From NCBI GenBank assembly GCA_021325355.1, contig JAJPHI010000006.1, positions 2,861-66,860 of the forward strand: a DNA stretch of 64,000 nucleotides, in the 5' to 3' direction. A model generated the notes under the pieces. That model did no database searches. It was not told the DNA's origin and worked only from the letters and a program-made list of their open reading frames with translations. Positions within the stretch are counted from its first letter, which is position 1. The number at the start of each line of letters is the position of its first letter. Below are positions 1 to 11,046 of the stretch, piece by piece. Made by a program: the position numbers and the translations under genes. This DNA is from Pseudomonadota bacterium (GTDB taxonomy: Bacteria > Desulfobacterota > Binatia > Binatales > Binataceae).

Positions 1-186
1 CTGCGCGGCGGCGGACGGGGTCGCGTCCGGATGGGTCAGCGCGCGGTTGACGAAGCGCTGATTGCCCTCGAGGAGTTGCCGCAGGATCTGTTCCGGGGAC
101 GCCCCGGCGCTCGCGGCGCCGGCCGCCCGCGACCCTGAAATCAGCGCGACGGCGCAGACACAAATCAGGCCCAGCAGCTTGTTCAT
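1..186 (-). CDS. partial CDS (5' end only): exported protein, N-terminus reminiscent of beta-class carbonic anhydrase
   Basis: Not in ORF track because it runs off the window. Reverse-strand ATG at 184-186 gives MNKLLGLICVCAVALISGSRAAGAASAGASPEQILRQLLEGNQRFVNRALTHPDATPSAAAQ. This is a hydrophobic signal peptide followed by an LLEGNxRF-type motif. The family call rests on that motif only. Confidence 0.4.
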   Translation of the reverse strand, partial: MNKLLGLICVCAVALISGSRAAGAASAGASPEQILRQLLEGNQRFVNRALTHPDATPSAAAQ

Positions 187-322
187 ACCAGCGGCTTTTA
201 GCAGCGCAGGCCGGCGGAAGCTATGGCCGCGATCGTGCGCCATTCGTGATGGCGCAACCGGATTGGCGGTTACGCTGGCAGAATTCCCTCGATTGGGCCT
301 ATGCTCCGAGGCAGCGGACAGA

Positions 323-336
323 CCGTTTCCAAACGG
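323..336. promoter_or_regulatory. perfect 6+2+6 palindrome CCGTTTCCAAACGG upstream of the acyl-CoA dehydrogenase gene (candidate operator)
   Basis: Read directly from the sequence. It lies about 24 nt upstream of the ATG at 360, in the divergent intergenic region. Confidence 0.2.
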
Positions 337-359
337 CGTCACGGGTCGGAGGCCAAGCG

Positions 360-1574
360 ATGAATCAGCATCACACCGAGCGCGAGCAACGCTTTCTGGA
401 TCTGGCCGGCAAGCTTGCCGATGAGTTCGCGCCGCGCGCCGCCAAGTACGATCAGGAGGAGGCGTTTCCCTTCGAGAACTACGCCCGCCTCAAGGAGACC
501 GGCTATACCACGCTCATCATTCCCACCGAGCTCGGCGGCCTCGGGGCGACGATGCTCGAGCGGATCAAGGCGCAGGAGCGGCTGGCGCAGGGCTGCGGGG
601 CGACGGCGCTCGCCATCAATATGCACTTCAACGTGATTGGTCTGATGATCGATCTGTGGCGCAAGTTCAAGCGTCCCAACGTCGAAGAAAAGCTGCGCCG
701 TATCGCCGCCGAGCGCCTCATCTGCGGCGGCTCCGGCTCCGAGCCGGACAACTCGGTGCTGGTCCTGCGCCCGCGCGCGACCGCCAAGCGCGTCAACGGC
801 GGATGGATCGTCAACGGCCGCAAGATCTTCAGCACGCAGAGTATCGCGCTCGACCTCTATTTCGCCGAGGCGACGTGGCAGGACGCGCCGGAGGGTCCGA
901 CCATCATCACATTTTTTATCCCGCCCAAGGAGACTCCGGGCCTCGAGTTCAAGGATGACTGGTACGTGATGGGGATGCGGGCGTCGGCCTCGCGCAGTTC
1001 CGAGCTCAAGGACGCCTTCGTCAAGGAAAGCGACGTCGTCCTCACGCGCTCGGTCTCGCGCAGCGGACGGATCACGCGGATTTTCGCCAAGGCGCCGTTC
1101 ACGATCGGCGCGCCGTATATCGGTATCGCCGTGGCGGCGCGCAACTTTACCGTCGATTTCATGCGTGATCGGCCGCGTTATCCGCTGCCTTATCCGATGA
1201 GCCATCTGCCGGCCGTATATAACAAGATCGGCGAGATGGACCTGCTGATCGAAACCGCGCGCGCCGTGATGTGGAAGGCGGCGGCCGATCTCGAAGTCGA
1301 CGATGGCGCCACCTGGGCGCGCAAGGCGGTGGCCGCGCGCATGGTCGCGATCGAAAACTCGGTGCGCGTGGTTGATCTGGCGCAGCGGGCCGTCGGCGGC
1401 GCTTCATACTTTCGCCGGCTGCCACTCGAACGCTACCTGCGCGACGTGCGCGCCGGCCTGTTCCATCCGTTCGACAGTGACGAGTCGCTCGAATTTCTCG
1501 GCAAGAGCGCTTTCGGTCTGCCGATGGCCGATCTCAGCGCCTTCGCCGATTACGACCGCCCCGATGATGAATAA
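360..1574 (+). CDS. acyl-CoA dehydrogenase family protein
   Basis: Track ORF 246..1574 trimmed to the ATG at 360, which is preceded by GGAGG. Length and pattern are ACAD-like (FPFENYARLKETGYTTLIIPTELGG, GSEPD, C-terminal helical domain). Confidence 0.75.
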   Translation: MNQHHTEREQRFLDLAGKLADEFAPRAAKYDQEEAFPFENYARLKETGYTTLIIPTELGGLGATMLERIKAQERLAQGCGATALAINMHFNVIGLMIDLWRKFKRPNVEEKLRRIAAERLICGGSGSEPDNSVLVLRPRATAKRVNGGWIVNGRKIFSTQSIALDLYFAEATWQDAPEGPTIITFFIPPKETPGLEFKDDWYVMGMRASASRSSELKDAFVKESDVVLTRSVSRSGRITRIFAKAPFTIGAPYIGIAVAARNFTVDFMRDRPRYPLPYPMSHLPAVYNKIGEMDLLIETARAVMWKAAADLEVDDGATWARKAVAARMVAIENSVRVVDLAQRAVGGASYFRRLPLERYLRDVRAGLFHPFDSDESLEFLGKSAFGLPMADLSAFADYDRPDDE

Positions 1575-1585
1575 GGAGAGCGGCC

Positions 1586-3052
1586 ATGGCGGAAAAATCA
1601 CGCTCGGCGGCGATTCGTGAACGCCTGCACCATCCGATAATCGACTCCGACGGCCATATCGCGGAGTTCGAGCCGGCCCTGTTCGATTATCTGAGGACCG
1701 TGGCCGGCAACCAGGCGGTCGAGCGCTTCAAAGCGCTGCCGGACAGCCCTTTCAAATTCCGCTGGTATCGACTCACGCCGGAAGAGCGGCAACGCCATCG
1801 CGTGCCGCGTCCGCACTGGTGGGTCCATCCGACGCGCAACACCCTCGATCGCGCCACCAGCTCGTTGCCCAGGCTGCTCTATCAACGGCTCGACGAAATG
1901 GGCCTCGACTACACGATTATCTACCCGAGTATCGGGATGCTCGCGCTCCATCTGCCGGACGATGAGCTGCGAGGGGCGGCATGCCGCGCCTACAACATGC
2001 TCCACGCCGATCTCTTCCGCGAGTACCGCGATCGCATGACGCCGGTGGCGCTCATCCCGATGCATACGCCGGAGGAAGCGCTGGCCGAACTCGATTTTGC
2101 GATCGGCGCGCTCCGCCTGAAATCGATTCTGATGGCGGGATGGGTGCGGCGACCGCTCGCCGGCGGACCGGGCTTCTGGATGGATACGCTCTGCCTCGAC
2201 AGCGCCTATGATTACGATCCGGTGTGGCGCCGCTGCGTCGAGTTGAAGGTCGCGCCGGCCTTCCATTCGCCGAGCGCGGGCTTCGGTTTTCGCGGCTCGA
2301 TCTCGAATTTCATGCATAACCATATCGGGCACTTCGCGGCCTCGGCGGAAGCTATCTGCAAGGCCATGTTTTTCGGCGGCGTGACCCGGCGCTTCCCCGC
2401 CCTGCGCTGTTCGTTCCTCGAAGGCGGAGCCGGATGGGCCTGCGGGCTTTACGCCGACCTGGTGGGACATTGGGAAAAGCACAATCGTGAGGTCGCGCAG
2501 AACTTCAATCCGCGTCATCTCGATGAGGCGCTGCTCGAGCGGCTGTTCAAAGAGTACGGGTCGGACTACCGGCCCGAGATCATCGCGCAGTTGGGTCAGG
2601 ACCGCTCGCAACTGCTGTGGGGCTCGTGGGAGGAGAACCCCAGCGATCAACGCGATATCGATGAATGGCTGCAGGCCGGGATCGAGACCAAAGCCGACAT
2701 CCGCCAGCGTTTCGTCCCCCATTTTTTCTTCGGCTGCGAAGGCGACGATCGTCTGACGGCGCTCGCCTTCAACGCGCGACTCAATCCGATGGGCGCGCGG
2801 CTCAATGCGATCTACAGCTCCGACCTGGGCCACTTCGATCTTCCCGACATGCGCGATGCCGCCGCGGAGGCCTGGGAGCTGGTCGAGCATGGGCTCATCA
2901 GCGAGGACGATTTCCGCGACTTCGTCTTCGTCAATCCGGTGCGGGCCAAGACCGATATGAACCCGGACTTCTTCAAAGGCACGCGCGTCGAACGGCTGGT
3001 CGACGAGCTGCTCGCCGCGCCGGTGGCTGACCGCGCCGCGCTGCCGGCCTGA
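1586..3052 (+). CDS. amidohydrolase family protein (Amidohydro_2 / ACMSD-like metal-dependent hydrolase)
   Basis: 488 aa with AAGGAG RBS at 1573-1580. It has an N-terminal HHPIIDSDGH metal-binding-type motif. It is a paralog of the partial CDS at 62923..64000. Confidence 0.7.
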   Translation: MAEKSRSAAIRERLHHPIIDSDGHIAEFEPALFDYLRTVAGNQAVERFKALPDSPFKFRWYRLTPEERQRHRVPRPHWWVHPTRNTLDRATSSLPRLLYQRLDEMGLDYTIIYPSIGMLALHLPDDELRGAACRAYNMLHADLFREYRDRMTPVALIPMHTPEEALAELDFAIGALRLKSILMAGWVRRPLAGGPGFWMDTLCLDSAYDYDPVWRRCVELKVAPAFHSPSAGFGFRGSISNFMHNHIGHFAASAEAICKAMFFGGVTRRFPALRCSFLEGGAGWACGLYADLVGHWEKHNREVAQNFNPRHLDEALLERLFKEYGSDYRPEIIAQLGQDRSQLLWGSWEENPSDQRDIDEWLQAGIETKADIRQRFVPHFFFGCEGDDRLTALAFNARLNPMGARLNAIYSSDLGHFDLPDMRDAAAEAWELVEHGLISEDDFRDFVFVNPVRAKTDMNPDFFKGTRVERLVDELLAAPVADRAALPA

Positions 3053-3135
3053 GCGCAACCCGCGGAACTTCGTGGGCCGTCGGAAGAGCTCCGACGCTGA
3101 TGCCCTGACCGCTCGGATAGCGTAGAATACCTCTG

Positions 3136-3170
3136 CTCTCGGCGAGGCGCCGGCGGCGCCTCGCCGAGAG
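3136..3170. terminator. perfect 16-bp GC-rich hairpin (3-nt loop) downstream of the amidohydrolase gene
   Basis: CTCTCGGCGAGGCGCC-GGC-GGCGCCTCGCCGAGAG read directly from the sequence. No U-tract follows, so an intrinsic-terminator role is uncertain. Confidence 0.4.
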
Positions 3171-3213
3171 CGCGCAAGAAGTACGGCTACGACACAACCT
3201 GTGGAGACCTGCG

Positions 3214-4698
3214 ATGCGTATCCTGCTGGTCCATCCCTCCCCGCTGATGTACAGCGAAATCTATCTGCGTCTGGAACCGCTCGGACTGGAACGCGTCGGC
3301 GCCGCGTTGCGGGCGGCCGGGCACGATCTGCGGCTGCTCGATCTGCAGATCTTTACCGCCAGGGACCTGTTCGCCGAGTTTGACGATTTCAAACCGCGCG
3401 CCGTCGCCTTTTCACTCAATTATCTGGCGAACCTGCCCGAGGTGGTGGACCTCGCCAAAACGCTCAAGGCGAAAGATCGGTCGGTCTTCATTTTCGTCGG
3501 TGGGCATAGCGCGTCATTTGTCGCCGACGAGCTGCTGATGCATGCCGACGGCGCGATCGACTGCGTCGTGCGCGGCGAAGGAGAGGCGATTGCCGCCCAA
3601 CTGATCGAGGCCCTCGGCGAGCGTGATTTGAAGACTTTGCCGGGAGTGGTTACGCCGGACGGCGCGGGTCCGCCGCCGCGACTGATGGATCGAATCGATC
3701 GTTTCATTCCGGCGCGCGACCTGGCGCGCCGCCGCTCGAAGTATTTTATCGGTTCGTTTGACCCCTGCGCTTCAATTGAGTTCACCCGCGGCTGCCCCTG
3801 GGATTGCACCTTCTGCAGCGCCTGGACCTTCTATGGTCGCAGCTACCGCCAGGCCGCCCCGGAAGCCGCCGCCGATGACCTCGAGTCGATCCGCGAACCG
3901 AACGCCTTCATCGTTGATGACGTCGCGTTTATCCATCCCGAGCATGCCTTTGCGCTCGGCCGCGAAATCGAACGGCGCGGGATCCGCAAGCAGTACTATC
4001 TCGAGACGCGCGCCGACGTCCTCTGCCGCAATCGCGAGGTCTTTGCCTACTGGTATCGGCTTGGCCTGCGACTGATGTTCATCGGGCTTGAAGCGATGGA
4101 CGACGAAGGTCTCAAGCGGCATCGTAAGCGCTCCAAGGTAAGCATCAACGAGGACGCGCTCGAGATTGCGCGCAAGATCGGTTTGACCGTCGCTGTCAAT
4201 CTGATCGTCGATCCGGCCTGGGATGAGGCCCGGTTCGCCGCCGTCCGCGAATGGGCAGCGAGCGTCGAGGAGGTGGTTCATCTGACCGTCGCCACCCCGT
4301 ATCCCGGGACCGAAACCTGGTTTACCGAGGTGCCAAAGCTCGCGACGTTCGACTATCGGCTGTTCGATATTCAGCACGCGGTGCTGCCGACGCGCCTGCC
4401 GCTCAAGCGCTTCTACGAGGAGCTGGTGGCGACCCAACAGGTGCTGAATCGCAAACATCTGGGCGTACGCGGCTTATGGCAGGCTGGCTCGAAGGCGGCG
4501 AGCCTTTTGGCCCGCGGCCAGACCAACTTTATCCGGATGCTGTGGAAGTTCAGCCGCGTGTACAATCCCGAACGTCAGTATCAGGATCATTTCCGACCGC
4601 TGGAATATGCGATACGCCCGCCGGCCGCCGACGTCCGACCGCCTGTCGGCCAACTGTACGTGCATCAGGGGCGTGCTTCCGCCGACCTGTCAGGCTAG
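3214..4698 (+). CDS. B12-binding-domain radical SAM protein (class B, methylase-like)
   Basis: 494 aa. N-terminal Rossmann-like B12-binding region (MRILLVHPSPLMYSEIYLRLEPLGLERVGAALRAAGH) is followed by a CxxxCxxC cluster in EFTRGCPWDCTFCSAW. Confidence 0.8.
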   Translation: MRILLVHPSPLMYSEIYLRLEPLGLERVGAALRAAGHDLRLLDLQIFTARDLFAEFDDFKPRAVAFSLNYLANLPEVVDLAKTLKAKDRSVFIFVGGHSASFVADELLMHADGAIDCVVRGEGEAIAAQLIEALGERDLKTLPGVVTPDGAGPPPRLMDRIDRFIPARDLARRRSKYFIGSFDPCASIEFTRGCPWDCTFCSAWTFYGRSYRQAAPEAAADDLESIREPNAFIVDDVAFIHPEHAFALGREIERRGIRKQYYLETRADVLCRNREVFAYWYRLGLRLMFIGLEAMDDEGLKRHRKRSKVSINEDALEIARKIGLTVAVNLIVDPAWDEARFAAVREWAASVEEVVHLTVATPYPGTETWFTEVPKLATFDYRLFDIQHAVLPTRLPLKRFYEELVATQQVLNRKHLGVRGLWQAGSKAASLLARGQTNFIRMLWKFSRVYNPERQYQDHFRPLEYAIRPPAADVRPPVGQLYVHQGRASADLSG

Positions 4699-4708
4699 CG
4701 GTTCGGGC

Positions 4709-4735
4709 GGCGCGACCCATCCGCAAGGTCGCGCC
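4709..4735. terminator. 9-bp stem hairpin 11 nt after the radical SAM stop codon
   Basis: GGCGCGACC-CATCCGCAA-GGTCGCGCC read directly from the sequence. There is no U-tract. Confidence 0.35.
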
Positions 4736-4804
4736 TGCCGACTGACGCGCCGATCGCGATCGATCTGCTAAACTCAAGCGGCTCGCTCGAGCGCGAACAA
4801 CCAC

Positions 4805-7324
<2,520 letters not shown>

Positions 7325-7497
7325 GCGGGCCAGCTAAGCTCGTCGCGCGACGGCAGCCCCCCTCGCGATCCTGCCGATAACTGTTGCCATCCGACGCCTC
7401 GGCCTGGTGGTGCAAGCAGGGGTCGCCTTCAATCTCGCCCTGAGGGACTATATCACCGCTACTCGCCTTCTTTGTCCGCGGAAGCCGCATCTTTTGA

Positions 7498-7516
7498 TTA
7501 TTTAGGTTTATTTAGG
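7498..7516. repeat. tandem TTATTTAGG-T-TTATTTAGG (10-bp period) in an AT-rich promoter region
   Basis: Read directly from the sequence. Partial copies occur at about 7552 (AATTAGG) and about 7608 (TTATTTGC). Confidence 0.5.
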
Positions 7517-7643
7517 CTTGTCTAAGCATAGCATTGTAATCACGGGCATAATTAGGTACATATATGCCTTGGAGTCACCTATCTACGAAACGTCGCTATC
7601 TTAGTCCTTATTTGCTCGGGGGAGCTCAAAGCGGAGACTGCGG

Positions 7644-8816
7644 ATGGACAGGAGAAGACTGCTCGCGATCGTGGTTCTGGTTGGCCTGATAGCGTTCAGG
7701 CCGCGTTCGGTTCAGGCGGTTTTTTCGGCGACCGCCTTAATCGATAATCCGTCCGGTTTTTTCAATCCAGGCAACTTCAATTTCCAACTCGGACTCTATC
7801 AGGGCACCAATTCCCTCGCGACGGCCTCGCCGGCGCACGCCGCAGCCGCCGCGAATGCGGCCTTCAAGGTGGTGCCACTGTGCAACAACGGGATGCCGCC
7901 GAGCGGGAGCTGCGCCGAAGGGGGCAGCGGGAAAATCGGTTTCATGATCCTCGGCTTCTCGAACACCGTGCAGGGCGCGTGCTCGGGAGGTAATCACAAC
8001 GCAGGCTATATCGCGCCGGCGAATTATTCGCAGTGCGTTAAGGGCACCTTCGCGGCAAACGTTTATAACGCACAACAAGGCGCGGCGCCGACGGTCGACC
8101 CGTCAGTCTATATGATCGTCTGCGCGCAACCGGGCAAAACCACGCAGCTATGGGACACGCCGTTCACCAATACGGTCTGGACCAACTGCGAATCCGTCGT
8201 GACCGGTGCGAATCTGACCGATGCCCAGGTCGAAGTAATCCTGATGGAAACGGCAACTGGCAACCCGCCCAAAGGCGCGACGATGGCGAAGCTCAACCAC
8301 TCGCCGTGCGTGGCGGGCGACGAAAAGTCGGTCGATGCGTGCGCCAACGAGATGCATCTGGGAAATATCGCCCGCGCGGTGCATACCCATTTCCCGAATC
8401 TGCAACTGATGTATCTGACGTCCCGCGCCTATGGCGGATGGGCGACCGGGGGCCTGCAGCCCGAGCCGTTCGCCTATGAATACGGCTTCACCGTGCAGTT
8501 TCTCATCGGCGCGCAGATAGAGCAGGCGGACAATGGCGGCGCCGAGAATTCGGAAGCCGGCGATCTCTCATATGATGCGGCGCCCGTATTGCTGTGGGGG
8601 CCGTACTCGTGGGCCTCAGGCACGACGGCGAACAGCGAAGGCACGGTCTGGCCGAAAACCGATTTTCAGATGGAAAACAATCCGAACGACACCTATGTTC
8701 ACTATCGCCTTCCCGGCTACACCCAGATCGGGACGCTCTGGTCGAATTTTTTCGCTGGCACTTCGCTCACCGGCGCCTTGAATACGAACAACACCACCTG
8801 GTTTCGCCCGCAATAG
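7644..8816 (+). CDS. hypothetical secreted, Cys-rich protein (no family recognised)
   Basis: 390 aa with signal peptide MDRRRLLAIVVLVGLIAFRPRSVQA and about 10 Cys. KIGFMILGFSNT loosely resembles SGNH block I, but this is not a secure call. The gene is preceded by an AT-rich 150-bp region. Confidence 0.6.
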   Translation: MDRRRLLAIVVLVGLIAFRPRSVQAVFSATALIDNPSGFFNPGNFNFQLGLYQGTNSLATASPAHAAAAANAAFKVVPLCNNGMPPSGSCAEGGSGKIGFMILGFSNTVQGACSGGNHNAGYIAPANYSQCVKGTFAANVYNAQQGAAPTVDPSVYMIVCAQPGKTTQLWDTPFTNTVWTNCESVVTGANLTDAQVEVILMETATGNPPKGATMAKLNHSPCVAGDEKSVDACANEMHLGNIARAVHTHFPNLQLMYLTSRAYGGWATGGLQPEPFAYEYGFTVQFLIGAQIEQADNGGAENSEAGDLSYDAAPVLLWGPYSWASGTTANSEGTVWPKTDFQMENNPNDTYVHYRLPGYTQIGTLWSNFFAGTSLTGALNTNNTTWFRPQ

Positions 8817-8931
8817 CAGGGAGTCCGGCCGCGCGCTGCAGGCGGGCGTAATCGCGCCTGAGCGCGACGCTTTCAGGCCGGGCGCAAATGTGCTCAAAGT
8901 CTAGGGCAGCAGCGGGAAATCCCCCCGCCCT

Positions 8932-9756
8932 ATGGAGCAGCAGATGGCATCGGCGATAAGCAACCCTGCGGCAGAAAATCCGGTCCTGGTCGAACACGAA
9001 GCGCCGCTCGGCTGGATCGTGATCAACCGACCCGAGAAGCGCAACGCACTTAATTTCGCGGCCTGGCGAGGAATCGTCGCGGCGATGGAAGAACTGAACG
9101 CCGACGACGCCGTGCGCGTGATTATCCTGCGCGGCGTGACCCGCGAGGCGTTCATCTCGGGCGCCGACATCTCCGAGTTTCCCGCCCATCGCGCGAACGC
9201 TGAGCAGGCGCGCGAATATCGCGCGATGCCGGCCCGCGCGACCAGCGCGCTCGCGATGAGTCCCAAGCCGGTTATCGCGATGATCGCCGGAATCTGCATG
9301 GGTGGCGGACTGCAGGTCGCGCTCTCGTGCGATATTCGGATCGCGGCGCGCGGCACACGCTTCGGGATTCCGGCCGCGCGACTCGGTCTCGCCTACCCGC
9401 TCGATGGCGTGCTCTCGCTCTCGCAGATCGCGGGTCCCGCGAACGCGCGCGACATCCTGATGTCGGCGCGAACCTTCGGCGCGGAAGAAGCGCTGCAGAT
9501 GGGCCTCTTGAATCGGCTGGTCGAACCGGACGAACTCGAGACCAACGTGCGCGAATATGCGACGCGGATGGCGTCGAACGCGCCCCTTACCATGGCCGCG
9601 GCGAAAGCCATCATCCGCGAAGGCCTTAAGGACGCCGCCGACCGCGATATGCCGAAGATTGCCGCGATGGTCGCGCAGTGTTTCGACAGCGAAGACTACA
9701 AGGAAGGCGTCAGGGCCTTCCTCGAAAAGCGCCAACCGCGCTTCCAAGGTCGCTGA
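8932..9756 (+). CDS. enoyl-CoA hydratase/isomerase (crotonase) family protein
   Basis: 274 aa with crotonase pattern (INRPEKRNAL, ILRGV..AFISGADISEF, IAMIAGICMGGGLQVALSCDIRIA, YKEGVRAFLEKR). Confidence 0.85.
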   Translation: MEQQMASAISNPAAENPVLVEHEAPLGWIVINRPEKRNALNFAAWRGIVAAMEELNADDAVRVIILRGVTREAFISGADISEFPAHRANAEQAREYRAMPARATSALAMSPKPVIAMIAGICMGGGLQVALSCDIRIAARGTRFGIPAARLGLAYPLDGVLSLSQIAGPANARDILMSARTFGAEEALQMGLLNRLVEPDELETNVREYATRMASNAPLTMAAAKAIIREGLKDAADRDMPKIAAMVAQCFDSEDYKEGVRAFLEKRQPRFQGR

Positions 9757-9781
9757 CCGGCGAGGATAATCGGCTCAGCCG

Positions 9782-9797
9782 CTGAACCACGGTTCAG
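9782..9797. promoter_or_regulatory. perfect 7+2+7 palindrome CTGAACC-AC-GGTTCAG between the crotonase and P450 genes
   Basis: Read directly from the sequence. It could be an operator or a transcript hairpin. Confidence 0.25.
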
Positions 9798-9853
9798 TCA
9801 GATGAGCCGCATCGATGCGCGCGCTTCGCCGCGTCGCAAGATCAGGAGCGCCG

Positions 9854-11038
9854 ATGAGCACAGACATTTATTTCAATCCCTGGGACGCCGCTTTTCGCGC
9901 CAATCCCTACCAGCATTACAAAGCCTTTATCGGCAAGCCGCCCAGCCCAATCGAGATGTTCGTGCCGATCGTGCTGGTCGGCAGCTATGTCGACGCGCTC
10001 ACGATCCTGCGCGATCCCGAACACTTTTCGAGCGACGTGCGCCCGATGGAACGCAAGGAGGTCTTCGGCAACGCGGAGCGGCTGTTGTTCGCCGATCCGC
10101 CGACCCATACGCGGCTGCGCAAACTGATAAGCCGCGCCTTCACGCCGAAGCGGATCAACGACCTCACCCCGCGCATCCGCGAATTCACCGCGCGCCTGCT
10201 GGATAAGGTCGCGGAGCGCGGCCGCTGCGAATTGATGGCTGACCTCGCGGTCCCGTTGCCCGTGATGGTAATCGCGGAGATGCTCGGCGTGCCGACCGCC
10301 GATTACGAACGCTTCAAACACTGGTCGGATCGGATTATCGAGTCCGACAACACGCCGCCGGGCATGCCGCTCCCCGCCTCAGTGGTCGAAGCTTTCAAGG
10401 CGCTGACCGAATTTTTCGTCGGCGAGATCGCCAGGCGTCGCGAGCGGCCCGGCACGGATCTGGTCAGTGCGCTGGTCAGCGCGCGCGACGAAGCCGACGC
10501 CCTGACGGAAGAGGAGTTGGTCGCGTTCGTGATCCTCCTGCTGCTCGCCGGCAACGAGACCACCACCAATCTGCTGGGCAACGGGACGCTCGCCCTGCTG
10601 AGCAATCCGGAACAATATGCGCTGTTGCGCGAAAATCGCGCACTGCTGCCGCGCGCGATTGAAGAGATGCTGCGTTACGATCCGCCGGCGCAATCAACCG
10701 TGCGACTGCCCAGGGTTGATACGGTCGTCAGCGGCGTCGAGATCAAGGCGCAAACGCCGGTCTTCGTGGTGGTGGCGGCGGCGAATCGCGACCCCGCACA
10801 ATTCAGCGATCCCGAGCGCTTCGTGATCACGCGCGAACCGAACGACCATCTGTCGTTCGGCCATGGGATTCACTACTGCCTCGGCGCGGCCCTCGCCCGG
10901 CTCGAGGCGGCGGTGGCGTTCGGCGCCCTGCTCGAGCGCTTTCCGCGCCTGCGCTTCGCCAACCCCCAACCGGAGCTGACCTACAAAGGATCATATTTCC
11001 TGCGCGGACTCGCCGAGCTGCATCTCGAGATCAGCTAG
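9854..11038 (+). CDS. cytochrome P450
   Basis: Track ORF 9815..11038; the ATG at 9854 is preferred. It has ExxR (EMLRYDPP) and the heme-thiolate loop FGHGIHYCLGAALAR. Confidence 0.9.
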   Translation: MSTDIYFNPWDAAFRANPYQHYKAFIGKPPSPIEMFVPIVLVGSYVDALTILRDPEHFSSDVRPMERKEVFGNAERLLFADPPTHTRLRKLISRAFTPKRINDLTPRIREFTARLLDKVAERGRCELMADLAVPLPVMVIAEMLGVPTADYERFKHWSDRIIESDNTPPGMPLPASVVEAFKALTEFFVGEIARRRERPGTDLVSALVSARDEADALTEEELVAFVILLLLAGNETTTNLLGNGTLALLSNPEQYALLRENRALLPRAIEEMLRYDPPAQSTVRLPRVDTVVSGVEIKAQTPVFVVVAAANRDPAQFSDPERFVITREPNDHLSFGHGIHYCLGAALARLEAAVAFGALLERFPRLRFANPQPELTYKGSYFLRGLAELHLEIS

Positions 11039-11046
11039 AACCGCGC

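Noticed and set aside
246-359. N-terminal extensions of track ORFs, for example 246..359, 24289..24453, 29371..29553, 33102..33188, 43242..43322, 45337..45438, 55390..55593 and 22723..22788
   Set aside because: The extensions lack family-typical sequence, overlap neighbouring genes or intergenic promoters, and internal starts with Shine-Dalgarno motifs match conserved protein N-termini.
1598-3058. 486-aa ORF antisense to the amidohydrolase gene
   Set aside because: It is a shadow ORF; the + strand product has clear family motifs and an RBS, whereas the antisense translation is Arg-rich with no motifs.
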